A stretch of DNA of 64,000 nt from NCBI GenBank assembly GCA_965242865.1, contig CBDETK010000013.1, forward strand, positions 2,912,001 through 2,976,000, given 5' to 3'. The stretch's first letter is position 1. Every line of letters begins with the position of its first letter. The translations under genes and the position numbers were made by a program. Source of the stretch: Candidatus Latescibacterota bacterium (GTDB lineage: Bacteria > Latescibacterota > UBA2968 > UBA8231). Of this stretch, positions 9,607-18,425 are shown piece after piece. The notes beneath the pieces were generated by a model. That model had not been told where the DNA came from, made no database searches, and was given only the letters and a program-made list of their open reading frames with translations.

Positions 9607-9987
9607 TTACCTGGGCCTAGTATTGTCTTGCCTCGCCTCTTGCGTTCCAGAACCTTGAGACGCCAGAGAATCCAGTACTGCCTTAGAGCTTGAAACAGAC
9701 AGGTGAGGTCCAAGATTTGGATCATGAGTCACGCTTAGATTGAAACCTCCTCCGAAGCCAGCCGATATGCTACCAGTTGCGGAGCTATCGGAACCTACGG
9801 TTAATTGAGCACCTGCCCCAGGAGTACTCAAACCAACGCCACCAGAGGACGACCAGTGTTGGTGAGTTCTGGAAGGATCATGGCAACTAAGGCAAGCATT
9901 GGAAGGATCGACCTGAAACGTTTCGTCATGGTAGGCTTGAATAGCCTTGCGATCCATCGTCGAGTACGGTTTGATGAGTTTTCTCAT
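9607..9987 (-). CDS. Putative bacteriocin/RiPP precursor peptide
   Basis: AAGGAGG 5 nt before ATG 9987. Leader MRKLIKPYSTMDRKAIQAY, then CLSCH and a Gly/Ser-rich body; flanked by two CPBP genes. Confidence 0.65.
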   Translation of the reverse strand: MRKLIKPYSTMDRKAIQAYHDETFQVDPSNACLSCHDPSRTHQHWSSSGGVGLSTPGAGAQLTVGSDSSATGSISAGFGGGFNLSVTHDPNLGPHLSVSSSKAVLDSLASQGSGTQEARQDNTRPR

Positions 9988-10042
9988 CATTTCCTCCTTG
10001 TGTTGATGAGTTAATTGTGGCAGCGATTCTTATATCCCTAGT

Positions 10043-10810
10043 TCACCCATAGGTCATAGGTCGAAGGATATTTGTCAAAAATCCTATAACGAAGTTACCT
10101 ACTGCATGAATAATTACTAACGGAATTATAGATCGTAATCTTTCTAAAAGGAAACACTGAATGACACCAAACGGGAAAATGGCAATAGCCACTATGTAAT
10201 TATCGTAGTATAACTGTGGATGCCAAATAGTAAATAAAAGAGAAGATACAGTCATACTTGGTATAATTCCGAAGTATCTTCTAAAGATATTGTAGCAAAT
10301 TCCTCTGAAAAACAACTCTTCTGGAATAGGCGGAAGCACCGTAAAAAGAAATATAAATATTAATATCATCTGAAAATGGGGAGACTTCCCTCCTGAAAAA
10401 GTAAGAGCCCCATAAGGTTTTCCTGTTAGTGTAAACATTCCGAAGTAGTAAGCACATCCTAAAGCGCATCCAATAACGATGGCTCCACCGTACCAGTATT
10501 TGGAAAAATTGAAATGCCAAATATAGTTGTAAGTCGGCAATCTATCTGTACGTACAAAGTACAGTAATATCGAGAGAAATAGAATATAGCTTATAATAAA
10601 CTGAGTAAATAGACCAGCAAACAAAGCCCATTCTATACTCCATGAATTGCCGAAATTCGATAGACGGATATTGGTAAAATATTTAGCCTCTATCCATATT
10701 TTAAAGCAATAACTTGCCAAGTGGGGAACTACCATTACCAGAAGAATTCCCCAGCTTATTTTTCCGACAGAAGATATAGTGTGATCTTTAGGTTTATTGA
10801 GTTGATACAT
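10043..10810 (-). CDS. CPBP/Abi (type II CAAX) intramembrane protease
   Basis: PIPEELFFRG, LLFTIWH and IIHAVGN motifs; strongly AT-rich. Confidence 0.9.
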   Translation of the reverse strand: MYQLNKPKDHTISSVGKISWGILLVMVVPHLASYCFKIWIEAKYFTNIRLSNFGNSWSIEWALFAGLFTQFIISYILFLSILLYFVRTDRLPTYNYIWHFNFSKYWYGGAIVIGCALGCAYYFGMFTLTGKPYGALTFSGGKSPHFQMILIFIFLFTVLPPIPEELFFRGICYNIFRRYFGIIPSMTVSSLLFTIWHPQLYYDNYIVAIAIFPFGVIQCFLLERLRSIIPLVIIHAVGNFVIGFLTNILRPMTYG

Positions 10811-10826
10811 TGACTTAAATCCTTTG

Positions 10827-10892
10827 TTAGATACTTGCCATTCTATCGTAGAGTTGAACGTATATACCTCCTCGTATCAATAGTTCCTCATG
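10827..10892 (-). pseudogene. C-terminal remnant of an ABC exporter ATP-binding protein
   Basis: Hand translation HEELLIRGGIYVQLYDRMASI* matches the typical ABC-exporter tail G(T/S)HEELL.. GG.Y..LY. Confidence 0.7.
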
Positions 10893-11844
10893 TACATACA
10901 GCTACATACAGCCGCGCTAGCTGCCCAATCTCGATCTTGGGCAGGTCGGTTTCCTTAACCATAATTCGTGCTTGCCAGCCATCGGTCTGAGCCACTTCGA
11001 GCACCGTTTCCCCCGCTTGGAGACGATCTCCCACCCGTTGCTCTAGTTGCCCGGTCAGCACCGTGCCCGCGGCCGGTGGCCAGAGCGTGTTCTTGGCCAG
11101 CCGGTTTTCTAACCGCTGGTACTCCTGCTCGATCTTCTCGCGCTGTTTCTCCAAGGTGTGGAGTTCGGCGGCTCGTCCTTGTACGGCCTGAAGCCGCTGC
11201 TGGCTCTGCTCCAACTCGGCTTCGGCATCTCTCAGCCAAGCGTTGCCCAGCCGTACCGGCAGAAGCTGCTCCAACGGTTGACGGACAAAGCTGGTCGGCA
11301 ACAAGGCGGCTGTTGAGTAGATGGTTTGTTCGGCCACGACCTGCTCCAATTGGATGCGCCTGCGCTCTACTTCCCGCTGGGCGTGGACGACCTCGGCTTG
11401 GCGAATGTTGCGCTCCTGCGCCATCTGCTGCTGAATGGCTCGCTGCTGGCTCCGGTTGACTCCGAGATCCTTTTCGGCCTGCCGGAGTTGGATGCGCCAG
11501 TCGGTATCGTCGAGTGTAACCAGCGGTTGCCCCTTTTCTACCTGTTGCCCCTGTCGGACGTGCATCTGCTGGATAATCCCCGCAATCTCGGCCTTGACCC
11601 GACGCCGATGGCGCGGCTCAACGACGCCCGTGCCCTCTACAGTCATATCCATGCTGAAATACCAACTCAGGACGCCAGCGAGTGCCAGCAAGCACCCCAC
11701 CAACCCCAGAATCACCAAGAGAAACGAGCGCACGAACCGAAAGCCCGGCCCGTGAAATTCTTCCCCTATACTCAGGGCATTACTACGGCTATCGTGCCGT
11801 TCGTTTTGCCCCAGTACTTGAGATTGAGCGGTTAGAGCCGGCAT
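10888..11844 (-). pseudogene. HlyD-family membrane fusion protein, 3'-truncated
   Basis: TM helix, VEGTGVVEP, lipoyl-like halves (VRQGQQVEKGQPL, VGDRLQAGETV) and coiled coil. Ends abruptly at IGQLARLYVAVCT*, inside the beta-barrel domain. Confidence 0.8.
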
Positions 11845-12222
11845 CTTCTAACTCCATGCGCTAAAAGGAAAGTCCCCGAGCACAAGCGGCTCAAGGTTGA
11901 TTTTGTATGGGGAAGGCCCGCACCGCGCAACCACGCATACCGGCGCACCCATAGCGGCTCCCAAGGCATACGGCACGGCGGCAATAGAGCCGTACAGACC
12001 GCTGCCCACTCGGCACCGAATGGCTCGCCAAGCGACAACAAAAGGCTTGTTAAGAGAAAATTTAGTGCGCCCTGCCGCAAGCCGCGTCCCTCCCATGGCG
12101 ATTGCGGCCTGCGACCCGTTTGCCTAATGTGAATATTCTTTAGCTGAATGACCATGAGTAGGAATGAGACCATACCTCCTAATGGTGCGACAGCACGGGT
12201 GCGCCGCTAGTGAACCACTATC

Positions 12223-12340
12223 AAAGAAAGTGCCTCGCAATTTGGCGTTTTTCAGCCGGGCGGCGGTCCGTTTCCTCGCGCTCTTTTTTCCGTTCGCAAG
12301 CTGCGAGCCCCCGCTCCCGCAACCCCAAGCGGACGCCGCG
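12223..12340 (+). repeat. Right copy of 118-bp direct repeat
   Basis: 117/118 identical to 2217-2334; forms the 5' end of the intact downstream gene. Confidence 0.95.
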
Positions 12341-13402
12341 TACCACGTCTATCCGGGCGACAGCATCCAAGCGGCCCTCGAAGCGGCCGCCCGCGACCCA
12401 ACCCACAAGACCGTCAAGGTTCACGCGGGGACCTATCGGCCACAACGGCCCGGCCAAGCGCTGATCTTCTTCGCGGCCCGCCACGATGGCATCGCGCTCG
12501 AAGCGGTGGGGCGCGTGGTGCTGACGGCCGCCCATGCCGAGCGCGCCGACCCCAAGGCGGCCAGTTACCCGGCCCTCGTCAACCACGTGGTCTTTTTTGG
12601 CGATGGCATCTCCCGGCGCACCGTCCTACGCGGTTTCACCATCACCGGCGCCAACAACTTTGCCAACCGCAACGAAGGCCCTGACCCCATGCAGCCGGAC
12701 TCCTCCAACGGCGTGCGCTGGGAAAAGGGACTGTTCTTTTACGCCGATGGCGGCGGCATCAAGGTATTTGGCCGCTCCTATCCAACCCTCACCGATCTAG
12801 CAATCCACGACAACTACGCCAGCCCCTGCGGCGGCGGCATCTCCATTGAGCATCGGGGGTTCGACGCCGAGGCCGTGCTGATTGAGAACTCGGTCTTCCG
12901 CAACAACAGCTGCCAAATCACCGGCGCGGCCGTCGATGTGCTGCCCGGCAGCGCGGCCGTGCTCGACAACTGCCTCTTCGTCGGCAATGTCGCCAATCTC
13001 GGCCCTGACTACGTGGGCCGCGGCGGCCGCGAATACAACAAGATGCACGGCTCTGGGGCGTTGACGGTCTTTCCCGGGGCGCACGTCGAAGTGCGCGACT
13101 GCACCTTTACGGACAACTGGAACGGCGTGGACGACAAGGGGCGCGGCAGTGCGTACCGCAATACCATTTTCTGGATGAACGTGCGCGCTGGCGGCATGGC
13201 CCTCGGCCGCCGCTACGAGGTCGATCTGCTCGACAGCCGCCGCTTCAGCGGCTGCTTCGTCCGCGGCCAGATTGACGACCTACGCGGCACCTTGGACCCG
13301 GAGCGCAATGTGCTCCAAGCACCCGACCCGCAATTCGACGAGCACTATCGGCCTCAAGCTCCGGCCTACGCCGGGGTAGGCTATCGGCCAGCAGGGGAGT
13401 AG
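12230..13402 (+). CDS. Right-handed parallel beta-helix lipoprotein
   Basis: Lipobox-like FASC; SIQAALEAA..TVKVHAGTY, LRGFTITGA, repeated GGGI / F.NN / GGA turns. Probable GTG start at 12230 (ORF track starts 12164). Confidence 0.8.
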   Translation: MPRNLAFFSRAAVRFLALFFPFASCEPPLPQPQADAAYHVYPGDSIQAALEAAARDPTHKTVKVHAGTYRPQRPGQALIFFAARHDGIALEAVGRVVLTAAHAERADPKAASYPALVNHVVFFGDGISRRTVLRGFTITGANNFANRNEGPDPMQPDSSNGVRWEKGLFFYADGGGIKVFGRSYPTLTDLAIHDNYASPCGGGISIEHRGFDAEAVLIENSVFRNNSCQITGAAVDVLPGSAAVLDNCLFVGNVANLGPDYVGRGGREYNKMHGSGALTVFPGAHVEVRDCTFTDNWNGVDDKGRGSAYRNTIFWMNVRAGGMALGRRYEVDLLDSRRFSGCFVRGQIDDLRGTLDPERNVLQAPDPQFDEHYRPQAPAYAGVGYRPAGE

Positions 13403-13519
13403 CCCCAGGGCCGCTTGGATTGGGGCGACGAGCACCCGCTTTGATAAAAAAACCGCCGTTGCCTATACTGTGTCGGCCTTTCCGCACCATATCCTCATCT
13501 TTCATGATCGTTCCACCTT

Positions 13520-15712
13520 ATGCTGAAACTGCTCTCGACCTTTGCCGTCCTCTCGCTGGCGGCACCGCATCACCCCGGGGCACAGGGCCCTTCGACTATC
13601 CGCCAACAGCGGCTCGAACTGGACCGCACGGTCTGGTCGGATGAGCGTCTCGCCCAGCAGCACGAGGCCGTGTTTGTCGCCTTGTGGGATCGCCTGCGCG
13701 CGGCCGAGCAGGCCCGGCCGGTGCTGGCCGCTTTTCCCTTTGCTCAACTGCGGATCGGCACCCTACAGGACAGCGTCGAGCACGACTGGGGTATCACCGA
13801 AACGCACTACGGCGGCCCGCCGCGGACGCTCGACCCCGGGCAGTGGGCGGCCCTGCTCGAGCAATGGGAAGCAGAGGGCTTTGTTCTCGAACAATCCGAA
13901 TGGCACCACAAGCGGTTCACCCCGGCCGAGGTCGGGCCGGGCCGATCGTTAATAGAACTGAAACTACACGTCAAAAACCGGGCTAGGCGTCTAATCGTCA
14001 GCGGCGACCTGTCCGTCACTTACAACGAGCAGCAAGACGAGGCCGGGCACTATATACCCGCCACCATCGAGGCTGCGAATCTGACCCTGACCGACCGGCG
14101 CGCCGCCCCCGCTTTTGTCGCCTCGGCTGTCTTGGCGGACGACACCGCGCTCTCGCCCCTCATCGCCGCCGACCTCGACCGCGACAGTCTCGACGACTTG
14201 CTCGCGCTGGGCGCCAACCTGCTCTACCGCAACCAAGGTGGACGCTTTGCGCCCGAGCCGCTGTTGGCGCATCCGCCCCGGGGCGGCCGCATTGAAGTGG
14301 CGCTCTTGGCCGATTTTACCGGCGATGACGCTCCCGACCTAGTCGTCGGCGGTCCCGGGCAGCTCTTGGGCCTCTACGAGGGCGGCGAGGGCTTTGACCA
14401 ACCCGGCTTGGCCATTGCGACCCGGCCCCTGCAATACCCCGAAGCCATGAGCGCGGGCGACATCGACTCCGATGGCGACCTCGACCTGTGGGTCGGCCAG
14501 TACCGGCCGCCCTACCGCGAGGGCCAGATGCCTACGCCCTACTACGACGCCAACGACGGCTATCCCGCATACTTGCTGCGCAACGACGGGCGCGGCCGCT
14601 TTACCGACATCACGATCCGGGCGGGCCTCCAAGTCAAGCGCAAGCGGCGCACCTACAGCGGGTCCTTGGCCGACCTCGACGGCGACGGCGACCTCGACCT
14701 GCTCGTCGTCAGCGACTTCGCCGGCATTGACCTGTACCACAACGACGGCACCGGCACCTTTGCCGACATCACCGCTCAGGCCGTCAGCGAGGCATCGACC
14801 TTTGGCATGTCCCACGTCTTTGGCGACTACAACGCCGACGGCCGCCTCGACATGTACGTGGTGGGCATGAGTTCCACCACGGCGCGCCGCCTCGACTACC
14901 TCGGCCTCGGGCGGGAGGAGTACCCCGAGCACCAGCAGCAGCGCCGGGCTATGGGCTTTGGCAACCGGCTTTACCTCGGGCGCGAGGACGCCCGGTTCAG
15001 CATGGCCCCAAGCACGGAGCAAGTGGCGCGCACCGGGTGGTCTTGGGGCGTGGCCTCCGCGGACTTCGACAACGATGGCGACGACGAAATCTACGTGGCC
15101 AACGGCCACCTCAGCGGCGAGACCGCCCAAGACTACTGCACCACTTTCTGGACGCACGACATCTACACCGGCGGCTCGGAACCCAACCCGCAAATAGCCG
15201 AATTTTTCGACGAGACGATTGCGGACTGGAACAGCGCGGGCATCTCGTGGAACGGCTTTGAACACAACAAGCTCTACCTAAGCGGAGGAGGGCACTCCTT
15301 TGTCGAGGTCGGCTATCTGATGGGCGTGGCCTTTGAATTTGATGCGCGCACCGTGCTCGACATGGACGTAGATGGCGACGGGCGCGTGGACCTATTGGTC
15401 AGCGAGTGGGCCGGCACCCCGCGCCGCGAGCGGGTTCACGTCTTGCGCAATGTTTGGCCCGGCGCCAACAACTGGCTCGGCGTGCGCCTGCGAGGGGCCA
15501 TCGGCGCACGCATCACTCTGCACACGCCTCGCGGCAACCAGACCGAGTGGGTGTACACCGGGGAGTCCTTTGACGCGCAACGACCGCCGGTCCGCCATTT
15601 TGGCCTCGGCGGCAACGAGCAGGTTGACGCAATTGAAGTGCGGTGGGCCGACGGGCACGTGACGACCCTCGCCCAGCCGGCAATCAACCGCTATCACGAA
15701 CTGGAACCCTAG
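13520..15712 (+). CDS. CRTAC1-family protein (FG-GAP/VCBS repeats plus ASPIC/UnbV domain)
   Basis: Signal peptide; repeated D.D.DG.LDL motifs; GWSWG; C-terminal HFGLG...IEVRW. Confidence 0.88.
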   Translation: MLKLLSTFAVLSLAAPHHPGAQGPSTIRQQRLELDRTVWSDERLAQQHEAVFVALWDRLRAAEQARPVLAAFPFAQLRIGTLQDSVEHDWGITETHYGGPPRTLDPGQWAALLEQWEAEGFVLEQSEWHHKRFTPAEVGPGRSLIELKLHVKNRARRLIVSGDLSVTYNEQQDEAGHYIPATIEAANLTLTDRRAAPAFVASAVLADDTALSPLIAADLDRDSLDDLLALGANLLYRNQGGRFAPEPLLAHPPRGGRIEVALLADFTGDDAPDLVVGGPGQLLGLYEGGEGFDQPGLAIATRPLQYPEAMSAGDIDSDGDLDLWVGQYRPPYREGQMPTPYYDANDGYPAYLLRNDGRGRFTDITIRAGLQVKRKRRTYSGSLADLDGDGDLDLLVVSDFAGIDLYHNDGTGTFADITAQAVSEASTFGMSHVFGDYNADGRLDMYVVGMSSTTARRLDYLGLGREEYPEHQQQRRAMGFGNRLYLGREDARFSMAPSTEQVARTGWSWGVASADFDNDGDDEIYVANGHLSGETAQDYCTTFWTHDIYTGGSEPNPQIAEFFDETIADWNSAGISWNGFEHNKLYLSGGGHSFVEVGYLMGVAFEFDARTVLDMDVDGDGRVDLLVSEWAGTPRRERVHVLRNVWPGANNWLGVRLRGAIGARITLHTPRGNQTEWVYTGESFDAQRPPVRHFGLGGNEQVDAIEVRWADGHVTTLAQPAINRYHELEP

Positions 15713-15720
15713 TCCGTCCA

Positions 15721-17691
15721 ATGCGCCCATCCATTGGGCAAAACGCCCGCCCTTTCCTCGTTGCTAGCCGCTCCCCGCTACTCACCCTCTTTCTATTCTT
15801 CTTTTGCGCGGCCATGGCCGATGCACAACGAGCACCGTCCATCGTCGGCGTCCCCCCAGAGGTTTTGGACCCGCCTTGGCTGCAAAGCCGTCGCCAGAGC
15901 CAGCTCGCCGCGGCAAAGGGCTACGCGGTTTTTTGCGATTTCAGCTTCACTGACCGCCAGCCCACGAGCGGCATTGCCTTCCGCCACCGCATCGTCGATG
16001 ACTCGGGGCGGCACTACCGGCCCAATCACTACGACCACGGCAATGGGATTGCCTTGGCGGATGTCGATGGCGATGGGCGCACAGACCTCTACTTTGTCAA
16101 CCAAGCGGGCGGCAATGGGCTGTGGCGCAACGCGGGCCGCGGCCAATTCGCCGACATCACTGAGCGGGGCGGTGTGGCCCTCGCCGACCGCGTGGGCGTG
16201 ACCGCTTCCTTCGCCGATCTAGACAACGACGGAGCACCGGACCTGTACGTCACCAACGTGCGCGTGGGCAATGTTCTCTTTCGCAATCGAGGCGACGGGT
16301 GCTTTGCGAACATTTCCCCAGGGTCTGGCCTCGGGCACAAAGGACATTCTTCGGCCGCCCTCTTCTTCGACTACGACCGCGACGGGCAGCTCGACCTCTT
16401 TTTGACCAATGTTGGGCAGTACACCGAGCGCGGCGACCCGGTCGCGGTGATGGGCTTTGCGCCCGAGGAGCAACGGGATCAGTACCGCTATTACGTGGGC
16501 TTTAAGGACGCCTTTGCCGGGCACCTCAAGCCCGAGCGCACCGAGCCGAGCCTGCTCTTCCGCAATGCGGGCGCAAACCGCTTTGTCGATGTGACCGCAG
16601 CAGTGGGCATCAGCGCACGCGGTTGGTCCGGCGACGCAGTGCCGCTCGACGCCAACGAAGACGGCTGGCCAGACCTGTACGTGCTGAACATGCAGGGGCA
16701 CGACCAATACTACGAAAACGACCACGGCCAGCGCTTTATCGACAAGAGCCTAGCCGTCTTTCCGCACACGCCGTGGGGGGCCATGTCGGCCCAAATCCTC
16801 GACTTTGACAACGACGGCCACCAAGACCTCTACATCACCGACATGCACTCGGACATGAGCGAGGACATTGGGCCGGAGCGCGAAAAGAGCAAATCGCGCA
16901 TGCAGTGGAGCGAGAGTTTTCTCCGCTCGGGCGGGCGCAGCATCTACGGCAACGCCTTTTACCGCCGCCAAGCCGACGGCACTTACGCCGAGATCTCCGA
17001 CTCCATCGGCGCGGAAACCTACTGGCCTTGGGGGTTGAGCGCGGGCGACCTCAACGCCGATGGATACGAAGATGTCTTCATCACCGCCAGCATGAATTAC
17101 GCCTTCCGCTACGCCGTCAACGCCCTGTTGCTCAACGACCGCGGCCGGGGCTTTCTCCACGCCGAATTTGCCCTTGGCGCGGAGCCGCGCCGCGAAGGCC
17201 GCACGGCCATGCCTTGGTTTGCCTTAGATTGCGCTGGGGAATATGCCGCCCATCCCGACTGCGAGGGGCGCAGCGGCCCCCATGTCTTCTGGGGGGCGCT
17301 GGGATCGCGCGCAGCGGCCCTCGCGGACTTGGATGACGATGGCGACTTAGACATTGTCACCAATGAATTCAATGCGCCGCCGCTGCTGCTGCTGAGCGAT
17401 CTGAGCGACCAAAAAGCGGACCTCAACTTTCTCAAGGTCCGCCTCATCGGCACCCGCTCCAACCGCCATGGCCTCGGCGCGCTGGTCGAGGTTCACACCC
17501 GCACTCAAACGTACACCCGCCTGCACGACGGCAAGTCCGGCTATCTCTCCCAGAGCCTCTTGCCGCTCTATTTCGGACTTGGGCCGGCCCGCACCGTCGA
17601 GCGCGTCCAAGTGCAATGGCCTTCTGGCGTCGCGCAGATCGTCGCTGGCCCCATAGAGAGCAACCAGCTCCTCGAAATTAGGGAGCCGTAA
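15721..17691 (+). CDS. CRTAC1-family protein (FG-GAP repeats plus ASPIC/UnbV domain)
   Basis: D.DGDG..DLY repeats; GARV-like GALVEV, SGYLSQS..LYFGLG, QWPSG. Start uncertain (15643, 15721 or later). Confidence 0.88.
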   Translation: MRPSIGQNARPFLVASRSPLLTLFLFFFCAAMADAQRAPSIVGVPPEVLDPPWLQSRRQSQLAAAKGYAVFCDFSFTDRQPTSGIAFRHRIVDDSGRHYRPNHYDHGNGIALADVDGDGRTDLYFVNQAGGNGLWRNAGRGQFADITERGGVALADRVGVTASFADLDNDGAPDLYVTNVRVGNVLFRNRGDGCFANISPGSGLGHKGHSSAALFFDYDRDGQLDLFLTNVGQYTERGDPVAVMGFAPEEQRDQYRYYVGFKDAFAGHLKPERTEPSLLFRNAGANRFVDVTAAVGISARGWSGDAVPLDANEDGWPDLYVLNMQGHDQYYENDHGQRFIDKSLAVFPHTPWGAMSAQILDFDNDGHQDLYITDMHSDMSEDIGPEREKSKSRMQWSESFLRSGGRSIYGNAFYRRQADGTYAEISDSIGAETYWPWGLSAGDLNADGYEDVFITASMNYAFRYAVNALLLNDRGRGFLHAEFALGAEPRREGRTAMPWFALDCAGEYAAHPDCEGRSGPHVFWGALGSRAAALADLDDDGDLDIVTNEFNAPPLLLLSDLSDQKADLNFLKVRLIGTRSNRHGLGALVEVHTRTQTYTRLHDGKSGYLSQSLLPLYFGLGPARTVERVQVQWPSGVAQIVAGPIESNQLLEIREP

Positions 17692-17710
17692 GGGAAAGGA
17701 TACAGAGTGG

Positions 17711-18235
17711 TTAGATAGGACTGAGAACTCTTTGCAGAGATTTAGTCGCGAGGTCTTGGATTGCTATGGCAAGATTAACTTCCATGTTTGTTTTTGCAAC
17801 ATCTATTAACGCTTCATCAATTTCGTATTTTCTATTTTCATTCATCCAGACCAAAATCTGAGATAGGTGCCATATTGTCGGTTTGCCAGTGCGTACTGGT
17901 GCAGGAAAGGTTGCACCAGCGCGAATCGTGAGTTGGCGCATGTTCTGTCGAGTGCAACCCAATAGATCGGCAGTCTCTGTCAGCCCGACAAGGTCGGGAG
18001 CGGCTTCTATCAGTCTCGCATTGGGAAGCACTCTGCGAACATCTTCTATGGCACTTGAGATCGCTTCATAAGCAGACGTCGCTTCCCGAGTAAAGCTGAG
18101 CGCAATACGTCCGCGTTGACCAATGCCGATCAAGGCATCGGCGCATCCATTCCTACCCAATAATTCGACGTATTCCTGCGGATCAGCTTGTGCGTTTTGC
18201 AAGCTGAATTTCAAGGTAAACTCGTACTCGGTCAT
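17711..18235 (-). CDS. DNA-binding protein, putative antitoxin
   Basis: MTEYEFTLKF...GCADALIGIG..GRIAL.F.REA...PDLVGLTE.A.LLG.TRQNMR; AT-rich relative to flanks. Confidence 0.75.
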   Translation of the reverse strand: MTEYEFTLKFSLQNAQADPQEYVELLGRNGCADALIGIGQRGRIALSFTREATSAYEAISSAIEDVRRVLPNARLIEAAPDLVGLTETADLLGCTRQNMRQLTIRAGATFPAPVRTGKPTIWHLSQILVWMNENRKYEIDEALIDVAKTNMEVNLAIAIQDLATKSLQRVLSPI

Positions 18236-18237
18236 TT

Positions 18238-18337
18238 TCAGTTCTCGTCGTTTTCGTTCATGGTGCGAGCAGTGCAACGGTTGACGACTCGGCGAATCTG
18301 TTTGGATTTCTCGTTTGGGATGAGCTCTTCTCGACAC
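18238..18337 (-). pseudogene. Internally deleted HicA-like toxin remnant
   Basis: N-terminal VSRRAHPKREI joined out of frame to C-terminal KQIRRVVNRCT...*, which stops 2 nt before the antitoxin ATG. Confidence 0.6.
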
Positions 18338-18425
18338 TGAGATACACTTTTTACAAAAATATGGAAGGAAGTCTGTTGGTTGTCAAATGACAACCTGTGT
18401 TGGCCTAGTTCACAAGCTGTCGCCA

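Larger units (their letters stand above)
2217..12340. mobile_element. Genomic island (~10 kb) carrying a peptide maturation cluster
   Basis: Flanking direct repeats; all internal genes on the minus strand; visibly AT-rich core at 7740-10890; no integrase or transposase seen. Confidence 0.75.

Noticed and set aside
10861-10875. GAGGAGG on the minus strand, resembling an RBS for a longer CPBP gene
   Set aside because: It is followed by ACG rather than a start codon and is better explained as the R-G-G codons of the ABC remnant.
12060-12140. GGCAAAC...GGGACGC on the minus strand upstream of hlyD, resembling a c-di-GMP-I riboswitch
   Set aside because: No GAAA tetraloop stem, no GCAAAGC continuation and no convincing second stem.
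11832-12173. ORFs of 113, 82 and 76 aa upstream of hlyD
   Set aside because: No recognisable motif, leader or RBS; more likely a regulatory region.
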